Below the pieces are notes generated by a model that was not told the origin of the DNA, did not search any database, and saw nothing but the letters and a program-made list of their open reading frames with translations. This document shows positions 8,204 through 17,666 of a DNA stretch of 54,159 nucleotides, piece after piece; the stretch's first letter is position 1, and each line of letters begins with the position of its first letter. The DNA comes from an uncultured Candidatus Saccharibacteria bacterium (GTDB lineage: Bacteria > Patescibacteriota > Minisyncoccia > Phycocordibacterales > WO2-35-19). Both the position numbers and the translations under genes were made by a program. The DNA lies in the NCBI GenBank assembly GCA_964455485.1, contig CAYVXT010000034.1, positions 1 through 54,159 on the forward strand, written 5' to 3'.

Positions 8204-9451
8204 ATGAAAAAAACTCTTTTAATAATTGGAATATTGGTGGTAGTGGCAGTAGCAGCATATTTAATACTTCAACCTAAAAGTGGTAGCACACCAGATGGCG
8301 GGCAAGGTTTTTCAATTGCAAATTTTCTTCCTTTTGGGAGCAATGACGAGTTACCAACCACACAACCAACAAACACAAACCAAACCCAAAATAATGATCT
8401 AGAAAATATTTCAGGTGGTGAAATTATAAAGCTTCCAAACAGGTTGAGAAAAGTTTCTAGCGAACCAGTAGCAGGAGCGGTGGCTTTTAATGTTGGCTCA
8501 ACTACATATATAAGATTTGTAGAAAAGGGGACAGGAAATGTATATGAAGCAAGATCCGATTCTGATAAGGTGGAGCGTCTTACAAACACAACTATTCCAA
8601 AAATAATACGTGCTTTTTGGCTTCCAAATGGTAATGGTTTTTTAGCTCAAACCATAATACCTGAAACGGAAATGGTTGAAACAAATTTTGTAAAACTCAG
8701 CAAATCCACTTCAACTTCAACAGAAGTACTGACCCCTTACAACACCACCATTTCAAAACTACCAACCGATATAAAAGAACTATCTATAAAACCAGACGGT
8801 ACAAAAGTGTTTTATTATCAAATCACACAAACCGGTTCTGATTGGTTCATTTCAAATATTGACGGTACAAGTAGCACCAAGGTTTACAGCAGCAAATTAA
8901 TAGAGTGGGTCCCAAACTGGATATCGCCAAACTCTGTAATTATGCAGACCAAATCAAGTGCAGCAAGTCTTGGCTATGCTTACACTTTTGATTTGAACAC
9001 CAAAAACCTTAAAAAAGTGGTTGGTGGGGCAGTTGGTCTTTCAATAATCTCTACACCTAAACATCCTTCATATTTAATTTCTGTTGGTGGAGGCTTACCT
9101 ACATTAAATTATGTTGCGAAAGACGGTATTTCAACCAATCTAAGCAAAAATACATTGGCTGAAAAGTGTGTTTGGGGAAATAAAGATGTTAATTTTGTGT
9201 TCTGTGCCATCCCTCAAAACATACCGTCTAGTATATATCCTGACAGTTGGTATAAGGGGTTAACAAATACAGAAGATTCCATAATTAAAATAAATATTAC
9301 CGATAATATTTACTACCTTACATCTGACTTATCTCAGGAATCAAAACAAAAAATAGATGTGGTAGATCCTCAAATCTCTCCCGATGATTCACACCTTATA
9401 TTTAGAAATAAATTAGATGGTTATTTGTGGGTATTGAGAATTACAGAATAG
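8204..9451 (+). CDS. membrane-anchored protein, probable beta-propeller (TolB/PD40-like)
   Basis: I prefer the ATG at 8204 (MKKTLLIIGILVVVAVAAYLIL, an N-terminal anchor). Repeated strand-rich blocks and a C-terminal ISPDDSHLIFRNKLDGYLWVL resemble PD40 repeats. The fold call is tentative. Confidence 0.5.
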   Translation: MKKTLLIIGILVVVAVAAYLILQPKSGSTPDGGQGFSIANFLPFGSNDELPTTQPTNTNQTQNNDLENISGGEIIKLPNRLRKVSSEPVAGAVAFNVGSTTYIRFVEKGTGNVYEARSDSDKVERLTNTTIPKIIRAFWLPNGNGFLAQTIIPETEMVETNFVKLSKSTSTSTEVLTPYNTTISKLPTDIKELSIKPDGTKVFYYQITQTGSDWFISNIDGTSSTKVYSSKLIEWVPNWISPNSVIMQTKSSAASLGYAYTFDLNTKNLKKVVGGAVGLSIISTPKHPSYLISVGGGLPTLNYVAKDGISTNLSKNTLAEKCVWGNKDVNFVFCAIPQNIPSSIYPDSWYKGLTNTEDSIIKINITDNIYYLTSDLSQESKQKIDVVDPQISPDDSHLIFRNKLDGYLWVLRITE

Positions 9452-9487
9452 TTTGGTATAATTTTTAAGTTATTTTAAATTAATAAA

Positions 9488-11296
9488 ATGAAAAAATTTG
9501 TTATAGCTCTTGGTATATTATTTGTTTCTCCAGTATTTGTTTTTGCAACAACATCTGAATCAGTTAGTGTTGCCGAGCTTAAAGCTCAAATATCAAGTCT
9601 TTTAAAACTAGTGCAAGAGTTACAATCACAAATTGCATCTCAAAACTTAAGTGGTGGATCCTCAGGAGGTGTTTCGTGCCATACATTCAATAGAGATTTG
9701 GGAATAGGGGACAATGGCGACGAAGCGTCTTTTTTATTGACGGCTCTAGCACGAGACGGCGTTGCCACTCCTAGAAATACTAACTTTAGTCATATTTACG
9801 ACGAAACACTTGCTTCTTATGTAAGTGCCTTCCAAGAAAAATATAAGAGTGAAATTTTGACTCCAGCAGGATTATCTAACGGTACAGGATATTTTGGAGC
9901 TCGCACCAGAGCAAAATTGAACCAACTTTATGGATGCGGAAATTCTACACGATGTACAGATGTAACTGGAACCACCTGCACTTATACCGAAAATCCAAAT
10001 TGGTATCAACAAAGAGATGCGACAACCTGTCCTATAATTTCTCCTATGTCACCGAATTCTTGTATTGGTGGCACCATCATTACCACGGTTGGCGCCAATG
10101 GTTGTCTCGGATTGCCTAAGTGTGTAATGCCAACATCAACACAAACCACAGTTGCATGCACCATGGAAGCCAAAATATGTCCTGATGGTAAAACAGTTGT
10201 TAGTCGCACAGGGCCAAACTGCGAATTTACTGCATGCCCTACACAAATAACATCAAAAGTTACAATTTCTTCTCCGAACGGTGGGGAACAGTGGCAAAAT
10301 AGTTCAACTCAAACTATTAAATGGTCTGATCCGGCTGGATCTAATAATGGAACCTATACTGTATTTATAACAAGTGAGAATGGTAGCGCTTATGGAATAG
10401 CAGGGGAAGTATATGGTCAAAATTATCTAAACTGGACAGTTGGGCAGGTAAAACTAGGAGACCAACAGATCAATTTAAGTCCTAGTTCAAATTATTACGT
10501 TCAGGTTGTAAAACAATATACTGGTACAAACATCTACGATCAAAGCGACAGACCGTTCAGTATTGTTTCTACGTCACCATCTATAAGTGTTACTTCACCA
10601 AATGGGGGAGAGACTTATACAACAAATCTCTCAACTATTCGTATAAATTACAAATCAGCTAGTATTGTCGGCCAAACACTAACAGCATACCTCTATAGCC
10701 CAATCTGGAATAATGTACAGTCCCAAACAGTGTATGCCGATAATTTTGGTTATATTGACATGAATTTAACCAAAGCTGGTGGTCCAAATGCTGGACAGTA
10801 TAAAATAACTCTCTGTGCTAACAATGTTTCTAGTCCAGAAGTTTCTGGCAAACCTCTTTGCGACTCTAGCGACAATTACTTCAACATCATTTCTCAACAA
10901 ACAAACGGCACACTATCATTTTCGAAATCATCATTTTCAGCAACCTATACTCAAGGAGATGCACTTCCAGACAGTATAACTGGTTCTACAAATGTTTATA
11001 CTTCCACTCAATATCTTCAGAGCCTAGATATTACCAACACATCAAATGTAAATGTTATTTTTAAAATTAGCGTTCCCAATAAACCATCATGGCTTAATAC
11101 TAGCTATGCAACAGATTCATTGACGGTAGGTCCTGGACAAATTATGGGTCTAGGTGCATATCTTGACCCTACTACTGTAGCTAATACTCCTGGCACCTAT
11201 ACAACAAATATAATTCTTACTGGCAACTTTATGGGTTCACCCCTTTCAATTCCAGTAACATTAAAGGTGGTTTCGTCCAATACCAAGTCTTACTAG
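9488..11296 (+). CDS. secreted protein with a putative peptidoglycan-binding domain, a Cys-rich segment and Ig-like repeats
   Basis: Signal peptide and a coiled-coil. The block GDNGDEASFLLTALARDGV...ASYVSAFQEKY...GYFGARTRAKLNQLYG resembles PG_binding_1. Repeated SSPNGGEQW / TSPNGGETY module starts. Confidence 0.55.
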   Translation: MKKFVIALGILFVSPVFVFATTSESVSVAELKAQISSLLKLVQELQSQIASQNLSGGSSGGVSCHTFNRDLGIGDNGDEASFLLTALARDGVATPRNTNFSHIYDETLASYVSAFQEKYKSEILTPAGLSNGTGYFGARTRAKLNQLYGCGNSTRCTDVTGTTCTYTENPNWYQQRDATTCPIISPMSPNSCIGGTIITTVGANGCLGLPKCVMPTSTQTTVACTMEAKICPDGKTVVSRTGPNCEFTACPTQITSKVTISSPNGGEQWQNSSTQTIKWSDPAGSNNGTYTVFITSENGSAYGIAGEVYGQNYLNWTVGQVKLGDQQINLSPSSNYYVQVVKQYTGTNIYDQSDRPFSIVSTSPSISVTSPNGGETYTTNLSTIRINYKSASIVGQTLTAYLYSPIWNNVQSQTVYADNFGYIDMNLTKAGGPNAGQYKITLCANNVSSPEVSGKPLCDSSDNYFNIISQQTNGTLSFSKSSFSATYTQGDALPDSITGSTNVYTSTQYLQSLDITNTSNVNVIFKISVPNKPSWLNTSYATDSLTVGPGQIMGLGAYLDPTTVANTPGTYTTNIILTGNFMGSPLSIPVTLKVVSSNTKSY

Positions 11297-11302
11297 AGAA
11301 GG

Positions 11303-12001
11303 TTAAGAGATTTTTAACTGTCTCTTTATATAAAAATCTTGTGCAATACCGAAAAGGTTTGATACTAACCAATATAGAGCAACCACACCAGAAATTTGCC
11401 ACGATATTAAAAGCACCACGAGGGGCATAGTGAACTTCATTTGTTTAGCCATTATGGTTGAAAAGTCCTGATTGTTTGTATTTGGATCACTTTTTGGGGT
11501 AGAAAAGTGCATTTGTATATAAGCACTAACGGCAGCTAATATCGCTAAAATAATACTCTTTTCGGATATATCAATCCCAAAAAACATCATTGATATTGAA
11601 TTTGGAGCATCCACAAAACTATAAAGTAGGCTTTTATCTACAGAGGGTAAACCAGACCTGAAAAAAATATGGTAGAGCGAGTATATAATTGGTATTTGAA
11701 TCAGAATTGTAAATATACTTGAAAATGGGTTGATTTTGTTATCTCTGTAAAATTCCATCACTTTTACAGCTTGTTGTTCCTTATCTTTATACTTTTCTTT
11801 AATTGAATTTAGATCTCCTTGTTTTTCACGCATTATAAGTTGAGTAACAGCTGCTTTCTTTGCAAGAGGGTAGAGAATTATTTTAACTAAAAGAGTAAGT
11901 ATAATTGCTGCAAAACCCGCGTTAACCCAACCAAAATTCAATATAACTATAAGTATATTGTATAGGGGGGTATAAATTATTGTTTTAAAGAATGCGATCA
12001 T
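11303..12001 (-). CDS. yidC: YidC/Oxa1-family membrane insertase (short form)
   Basis: 232-aa multi-TM protein immediately downstream of rnpA and overlapping it by 17 nt, in the canonical rpmH-rnpA-yidC order. Confidence 0.8.
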   Translation of the reverse strand: MIAFFKTIIYTPLYNILIVILNFGWVNAGFAAIILTLLVKIILYPLAKKAAVTQLIMREKQGDLNSIKEKYKDKEQQAVKVMEFYRDNKINPFSSIFTILIQIPIIYSLYHIFFRSGLPSVDKSLLYSFVDAPNSISMMFFGIDISEKSIILAILAAVSAYIQMHFSTPKSDPNTNNQDFSTIMAKQMKFTMPLVVLLISWQISGVVALYWLVSNLFGIAQDFYIKRQLKIS

Positions 12002-12332
12002 GGTGTGTTATTAATTTTGCTTCAGAAAGAAGGTTATAAATTTCATCCTCAACTTCACTTATTTTTTTAGGCAAAGATTTGTATGAAAAACTAATGAGTT
12101 GGTTTGGAACTATTATATCTATAATTTTAGATATTGTTATATAACCTTGTCTCCTTGCTTTGTTCCTTTGATAGGCACTCTTTGCAACTTTTTTTGACAC
12201 AGAAAAAGAAAATCTGCTGTTTTTACCTTGATATTCAACATTCCTTACTAAAAAAAGCTTTCCTTTTAAGGTTTTTGACACCTTAAAAAGGGCATGCATA
12301 CCTCTTGGTATTCTTTTACTTTTTGGAAGCAT
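11985..12332 (-). CDS. rnpA: ribonuclease P protein component
   Basis: 115-aa basic protein (MLPKSKRIPRG..., KARRQ) located between rpmH and yidC. Confidence 0.8.
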   Translation of the reverse strand: MLPKSKRIPRGMHALFKVSKTLKGKLFLVRNVEYQGKNSRFSFSVSKKVAKSAYQRNKARRQGYITISKIIDIIVPNQLISFSYKSLPKKISEVEDEIYNLLSEAKLITHHDRIL

Positions 12333-12338
12333 TAGTAT

Positions 12339-12473
12339 TTAGACCGACAACTTTTTCCTTCCTTTCCTTCTTCTACTTTTGAGTACTTTTGATCCTGATG
12401 TTGATTTGCTCCTTTTTAAGAAGCCGTGTGAACTTGATCGTTTCTTCTTTTTTGGTTGGTAGGTAATTGACAT
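12339..12473 (-). CDS. rpmH: 50S ribosomal protein L34
   Basis: Not in the ORF track because it is only 44 aa. The minus strand translates to [44 protein letters not shown], matching the L34 pattern (TYQP...HGF...G.KVL..RR.KGRK.L.V). Confidence 0.9.
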   Translation of the reverse strand: MSITYQPKKKKRSSSHGFLKRSKSTSGSKVLKSRRRKGRKKLSV

Positions 12474-12575
12474 TATGGTTAAAATTATCTTCTAAAAGCT
12501 GTAAACCACTTATTAACAAATTATAAACATATTTAGTCCTAAATACAAGTTCCTTTAATTTTTTTTAAATATATA

Positions 12576-13928
12576 ATGTCGGGTATGGAAACGCAGGAAC
12601 TTTGGAAAAACGTTATGACTAATATCGAGTCTTCGGTTTCTAAAGCAAATTTTGCGACATGGTTTAAAGAAACCAAGATAACTGGGTTTGAAAATGGGGT
12701 AGTCTACTTGAGTGTGCCTAACACTTTTGTTAAAGAGTGGCTCTTAAAAAAGTTCCACCAGATGATTTTGAAGTTTCTTAGAGAAACCTCGGACTCTATC
12801 CATGCTTTAGAATACGTTATAAAAGAAGAGATAAAGCCAAAAAATCAATTTATACCAACCAAAAACTCTTCACCTACAAGAGAGTTGCCTCTATCAGAAT
12901 ACTATGTAAATAAAGAGGACAACCTTAATCCGAGGTACACTTTTGAATCATTTATTGTTGGACCCTTCAATGAACTTGCATATGCCGCAGCACAAGCAGT
13001 AATAAAAAACTTAGGAGTAACTTATAATCCTTTGTTTGTATATGGAAATTCAGGTCACGGCAAAACTCACTTAATACAAGCAATAGGGAACGCAATAAAA
13101 GCTATAGACCCTAATAAAAAGATATTTTATTTTACATCTGAAAAATTTATAAATGATTATGTAAATTCCGTACAATCAAATAAAGTAAGTCAATTTAAAG
13201 AAAAGTATAGAAAATATGACTTAATAATCATGGATGATGTCCAATTCTTATCTGGAAAAGAAAAAACTCAGGAAGAGCTGTTCCATTTGTTTAATATAAT
13301 GAAGGATAGTAATAAGCATATTGTATTTTCTTGCGATAAACACCCAAATTTTGTTTCAGGTCTAGAAGATAGGTTAAAATCAAGGTTTTCGGCTGGTATG
13401 GTAGTTGATATACCCGCACCTGACCATGAATCTAGAGTAGCTATAATAAAGGCTAAATGTAATACAATAAGCCTTTTTATGGACCAAGATATTATAGATT
13501 ACCTAGCAGACTCTATAAGGGGAAATATTAGGGATATAGAAGGGGTTATAAACCTTGTTGTATGCCAAACCGAAACAAAAAACAGACCATTGAACCTAAA
13601 TGAGATAAAAGACTTGGTTAAAAATAGTATAAAACAAAAGAAACTCCTTTCATATAAAGAGGTTGTAAAAATAATTTCTGATTTTTACAAAATTGAAGAA
13701 GAATCTGTTTATGAAAAAACTAGAAGAAAGGAAATAATAAAACCTAGACAGATAATAATGTATATATTAAGAGAAGATTTTAGTATTTCTTATCCATCAA
13801 TAGGGGAAAAGTTAGGTGGTAGAGACCATACTACAGTTATCCACTCTTGTGAAAAGATTAAAAAGGAAATAAAAGAAAATTCTCTTTTATCAAAAGAAAT
13901 ACAAGAAATTCGGTCGATTATAGGTTGA
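12576..13928 (+). CDS. dnaA: chromosomal replication initiator DnaA
   Basis: Walker A GNSGHGKTHL, the DLIIMDDVQFL box, and a C-terminal DNA-binding region (IGEKLGGRDHTTVIHSCEKI). Divergent from rpmH and followed by dnaN. Confidence 0.95.
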   Translation: MSGMETQELWKNVMTNIESSVSKANFATWFKETKITGFENGVVYLSVPNTFVKEWLLKKFHQMILKFLRETSDSIHALEYVIKEEIKPKNQFIPTKNSSPTRELPLSEYYVNKEDNLNPRYTFESFIVGPFNELAYAAAQAVIKNLGVTYNPLFVYGNSGHGKTHLIQAIGNAIKAIDPNKKIFYFTSEKFINDYVNSVQSNKVSQFKEKYRKYDLIIMDDVQFLSGKEKTQEELFHLFNIMKDSNKHIVFSCDKHPNFVSGLEDRLKSRFSAGMVVDIPAPDHESRVAIIKAKCNTISLFMDQDIIDYLADSIRGNIRDIEGVINLVVCQTETKNRPLNLNEIKDLVKNSIKQKKLLSYKEVVKIISDFYKIEEESVYEKTRRKEIIKPRQIIMYILREDFSISYPSIGEKLGGRDHTTVIHSCEKIKKEIKENSLLSKEIQEIRSIIG

Positions 13929-14107
13929 TAGCATGTGGATTAACTGTTCCAAAACTGTAGTTCAAGTATTGATAAATTTAAGAAAAATTTTTTTTAAACA
14001 TTTAAACAACAGTGGTGTTGAAAACAATTTATAAAAATATGTTTATATTAAAGCTTAAAATAAGATATCCACAAATCCACAGTCTATATATCTAACTTTT
14101 TATTTAA
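13929..14107. promoter_or_regulatory. candidate oriC / DnaA-box region in the dnaA-dnaN spacer
   Basis: AT-rich 179-bp spacer with three near-consensus DnaA boxes sharing ATCCACA: TGTGGATTA (13934-13942, reverse orientation), ATATCCACA (14065-14073) and AAATCCACA (14073-14081). Consensus is TTATCCACA. Confidence 0.5.
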
Positions 14108-15205
14108 ATGAAAATTGAATTTGAAAAAAGAATAGTAGATGATGCAATTCAAAAAGTATCAAAAATTGTAGGTAAACACTTAACTTTACCGGTACTCTCT
14201 TGTATCCTTTTAGAAACCTCAAATTCCGGAGTTGTAGTTAAATCAACTAATCTAGATATAGGTATAGAAATCAATATTGAAGCAAAAGTTATTGAACAAG
14301 GAATAATTGCTGTTCCAGCCCAAATTTTAGCTAATACAGTATCATCTATTAAAGATGAAAAAATTATATTTGAAGAGAAAGATGGAAATTTAATAATTAC
14401 AACAAAGAATAATTCTGCTGTAATAAAATGTATGCAGCATGAGGACTTTCCAAGTATTCCAAAAATATCTAAAGATAATACCATCAGTATTAGTTCTAAA
14501 GATTTAGTTCAAGGTTTTAAATCTGTTTGGTATAGTGCTTCCATTTCAACAATAAAACCAGAATTAGGGAGTGTGTATATAACTAATTCTGATGTTGGTT
14601 TGGTGTTTGTAGCAACAGACTCTTTTAGATTGGCAGAAAAAAAGGTTCAAACTAAAACAAGGTATGATTTTCCTAATACTTTAATACCATTTAAAAATGT
14701 AGCTGAAATTATAAAGCTTATTGATGGTGTGGCCGATGAAATAAATATTAATTTCGAAAAGAACCAAGCCTCATTTTATACAAATAGTTTTTATATTGTA
14801 TCAAGATTGGTTGACGGCTCTTTTCCTGATTATGCCCAACTTATTCCAAAAAACTACAGCGCGACAGTAACGCTTCTAAAAAATGATCTTATAAATGCTA
14901 TAAAAGTATCTAATATATTTTCAGATACATTAAACCAAGTTAAATTTAAAGTTTCTATTGCAGAAAAATCTATTATTATAGAATCAAAAAATGGTGAAAT
15001 TGGGGAATATAAAGAAAAAATTAATGCTTCAGTTGTTGGTGATGATTTAGAAATTAATTTTAATAGTAAGTATATTATTGATTGTATGCAATCAATAGTT
15101 TCTGAAAGTATAACCCTAGGTTTTGGCGGTATAGGAAGACCTCTTGTTATTACAGGAGTTTCCGACAAAAGCTTTACTTATCTTGTAATGCCAATGAAAA
15201 GATAG
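14108..15205 (+). CDS. dnaN: DNA polymerase III beta sliding clamp
   Basis: 365 aa directly after dnaA. Three-domain clamp pattern (ATDSFRLAEKK, RLVDGSFPDY, LVMPMK C-terminus). Confidence 0.9.
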   Translation: MKIEFEKRIVDDAIQKVSKIVGKHLTLPVLSCILLETSNSGVVVKSTNLDIGIEINIEAKVIEQGIIAVPAQILANTVSSIKDEKIIFEEKDGNLIITTKNNSAVIKCMQHEDFPSIPKISKDNTISISSKDLVQGFKSVWYSASISTIKPELGSVYITNSDVGLVFVATDSFRLAEKKVQTKTRYDFPNTLIPFKNVAEIIKLIDGVADEININFEKNQASFYTNSFYIVSRLVDGSFPDYAQLIPKNYSATVTLLKNDLINAIKVSNIFSDTLNQVKFKVSIAEKSIIIESKNGEIGEYKEKINASVVGDDLEINFNSKYIIDCMQSIVSESITLGFGGIGRPLVITGVSDKSFTYLVMPMKR

Positions 15206-15214
15206 CTAATTAAA

Positions 15215-15463
15215 ATGATAAATATAGCTAATTTTTTTCATAAATTTCAAAATATTGATAAAAATAATTCAGTAAGAATTGATAAGATATTGGAAATTAT
15301 TAAAAAAGAAGTAGGTGTTATAGTTGATAAAAATAATATTAAAATTATAGGAGATACAATAGTTTTAAATTGCTCTCCAGTAATAAAAAATGAAATCGCT
15401 ATAAAAAAGGATTATATTGAAAAGAAATTTATTATAGAAAAAATATTTCTTTCAATAAGATAG
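15215..15463 (+). CDS. hypothetical small protein (possibly DUF721/DciA-like)
   Basis: 82-aa ORF 9 nt after dnaN. The position and the segment IKIIGDTIVLNCSPVIKNEIAIKKDYI recall DUF721 proteins, but the similarity is weak. Confidence 0.4.
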   Translation: MINIANFFHKFQNIDKNNSVRIDKILEIIKKEVGVIVDKNNIKIIGDTIVLNCSPVIKNEIAIKKDYIEKKFIIEKIFLSIR

Positions 15464-15464
15464 T

Positions 15465-17621
15465 TTAATTTGGTATCAGATAAGCTTTATCACCCAAAAA
15501 ACCATTTTGAGCTGCCCAGTTTTGAACTCCATATTCCCACCTTTCATATTGAGAGTCGTTTGATGGGTTTCCAGGATTATCTCCTCTTGGATTGTCTTTA
15601 TCTAACCAATTTAATATTGAATGAACCCCACCAATAACAACTCTCTGGTTAGAGGTTGAAGTTGCGTATTCACCACCTTGCCATACTCCTCTCAATACAG
15701 GTTTTAATTGATTCTTATCTTCAATTAATGGTTCCTCAAATTTTTCATCTGGAACTTTAGCTAATACCTTATCCATAAAAGCCCTCCACATTGGTGCCAC
15801 AATATAACCAGCCACTCTTTTTTCCATAGGGGAGTTATTGTTATTACCAGCCCATGCCCCTACAGCAATATTTGGTGTATAACCCATAATCCATGCATCA
15901 CGATAATCGTTTGTGGTACCTGTTTTTACGGCCACATCTCTGGTGGGAAAATATAATACAGATGTTTGACCAAAAGCTGGGGCTCTTGCGACATTATCTG
16001 AAAGAATATCTGATATTTTTAAGGCAATTTCTTTAGGTAAAACTTCTCTAGGGTTTAAATTTGATTTTTCTAAAGTGTTTCCATTTTTATCCTTCACTTC
16101 AATAATTGAAATAGTGTCATTTCTAATACCCTTGTTAGCAAAAACACCATAAGCACTGGTTAGATCTAAAGGAGTAACTTCACCACCTCCAAGTACAAGT
16201 GTGAGTCCATAATCTCCTCTATTATTTAATGATTCAATACCCATATCTCGCGCAAGACGAATTGATTCATTTAATCCTGCGAGATACAAAACTTTAACAG
16301 AAGGAATGTTTAAAGATTGTGCTAAGGCGTTCCGCATTGTCACTGGACCTCTAAATAAGTTGTCGTAGTTTTCGGGGGAATAACAACCATTACCCGTAGT
16401 TAAATCATTTGGAGCACAAGAAGTAGAAAAGTGAGTTTTAACATCAAATAAAACAGTATCAGGTGTATAACCTTTTATGAAAGCTTGTGAGTAAACAAAA
16501 GGTTTAAAGGTTGAACCAGGCTGTCTTTTTGCTGTAGTTACATTAAATGCACCATCTATTTCTTGGTCAAAATAATTTCTTGAACCAACCATGGTAAGGA
16601 TGTGACCATTTTTAGGGTTTATTGCTATTATGGCATCATTTTCTGCATTATAATTCTTCTTGTTTTGTAGCGCATAATCATACGCTATTTTTTCTGCTAT
16701 TGATTGTAGTTCATAATCCAAAGTGGTTATCACTCTTAAACCACCACTTGTAATAGCCTCTTCTCCATATTTTTGTTTAATTTGGTCTAAAACATAAAAT
16801 ACAAAATGAGGTGCTTTAACACTAGAATCTCCTTTATCTAGAAATGTAATCTTTTCATTCAATGCAGACTTGTACTCTGTGTCAGTAATTGAACCATTCA
16901 ATAACATTTCTTTTAATACTAAATTTTTTCTTTGTTCTAATTTTTCTCTATTTTTTCCGTAAGGGGAGTAGTACGTAGGTGCATTTGGGATTGCGGCTAG
17001 GTATGCTGCCTCAGCTAGTGTTACATCACTGGCTTTCTTACCAAAAAAAGTCTCACTGGCTTCTTCAACACCATAAATCACTCCTCCATAAGGTATTTCA
17101 TTTAGATACATAGATAAAATTTCATCCTTTGAAGTAGACTGTTCTAGTTTTATAGCTAATACCCACTCTTTTATCTTTCTAGAAATAAGTTTTTCATTTG
17201 TGAGTATTGAATTTTTAACAACTTGTTGGGTGATGGTTGAGCCTCCTTGGCTTAATTCTAAAGATAATATATTGGCAACTATTGCCCTTAAAAAAGCTGT
17301 TGGCTTTACTCCAATGTGAGTGTAAAATTCCTTATCCTCGATAGCAATAGTAGCTTTTTTAATATAATCAGAAATATCCTCTAAAGGGACTATACTCCTT
17401 CTGATATTTCCACCAGTGTCGTATAAAAGCACTTCTCCGGTGCTGTCATATATTTTGGTTGACTCGCTAACCCTCCTTTCCCTAATTGAATCTGATGTTG
17501 GCACTTTAAAAGTGCTTACCCAAACCAAAATAGCGCCACTTAGTATAAAGAAAGCTGATATAGCTAAAATAAAAAGGGTCTGTATAGCTAAAAGGTGTTT
17601 TTTGTAGAAAGATTTAACCAT
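15465..17621 (-). CDS. class A penicillin-binding protein (transglycosylase + transpeptidase)
   Basis: N-terminal TM. GT51 motifs EDKEFYTHIG and GGSTITQQ. Transpeptidase motifs STFKP (SxxK) and KTGTT. Confidence 0.9.
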   Translation of the reverse strand: MVKSFYKKHLLAIQTLFILAISAFFILSGAILVWVSTFKVPTSDSIRERRVSESTKIYDSTGEVLLYDTGGNIRRSIVPLEDISDYIKKATIAIEDKEFYTHIGVKPTAFLRAIVANILSLELSQGGSTITQQVVKNSILTNEKLISRKIKEWVLAIKLEQSTSKDEILSMYLNEIPYGGVIYGVEEASETFFGKKASDVTLAEAAYLAAIPNAPTYYSPYGKNREKLEQRKNLVLKEMLLNGSITDTEYKSALNEKITFLDKGDSSVKAPHFVFYVLDQIKQKYGEEAITSGGLRVITTLDYELQSIAEKIAYDYALQNKKNYNAENDAIIAINPKNGHILTMVGSRNYFDQEIDGAFNVTTAKRQPGSTFKPFVYSQAFIKGYTPDTVLFDVKTHFSTSCAPNDLTTGNGCYSPENYDNLFRGPVTMRNALAQSLNIPSVKVLYLAGLNESIRLARDMGIESLNNRGDYGLTLVLGGGEVTPLDLTSAYGVFANKGIRNDTISIIEVKDKNGNTLEKSNLNPREVLPKEIALKISDILSDNVARAPAFGQTSVLYFPTRDVAVKTGTTNDYRDAWIMGYTPNIAVGAWAGNNNNSPMEKRVAGYIVAPMWRAFMDKVLAKVPDEKFEEPLIEDKNQLKPVLRGVWQGGEYATSTSNQRVVIGGVHSILNWLDKDNPRGDNPGNPSNDSQYERWEYGVQNWAAQNGFLGDKAYLIPN

Positions 17622-17666
17622 AGACTATATTATGCCAAAAATTCAAAATTATGATAGAGTTTTACT

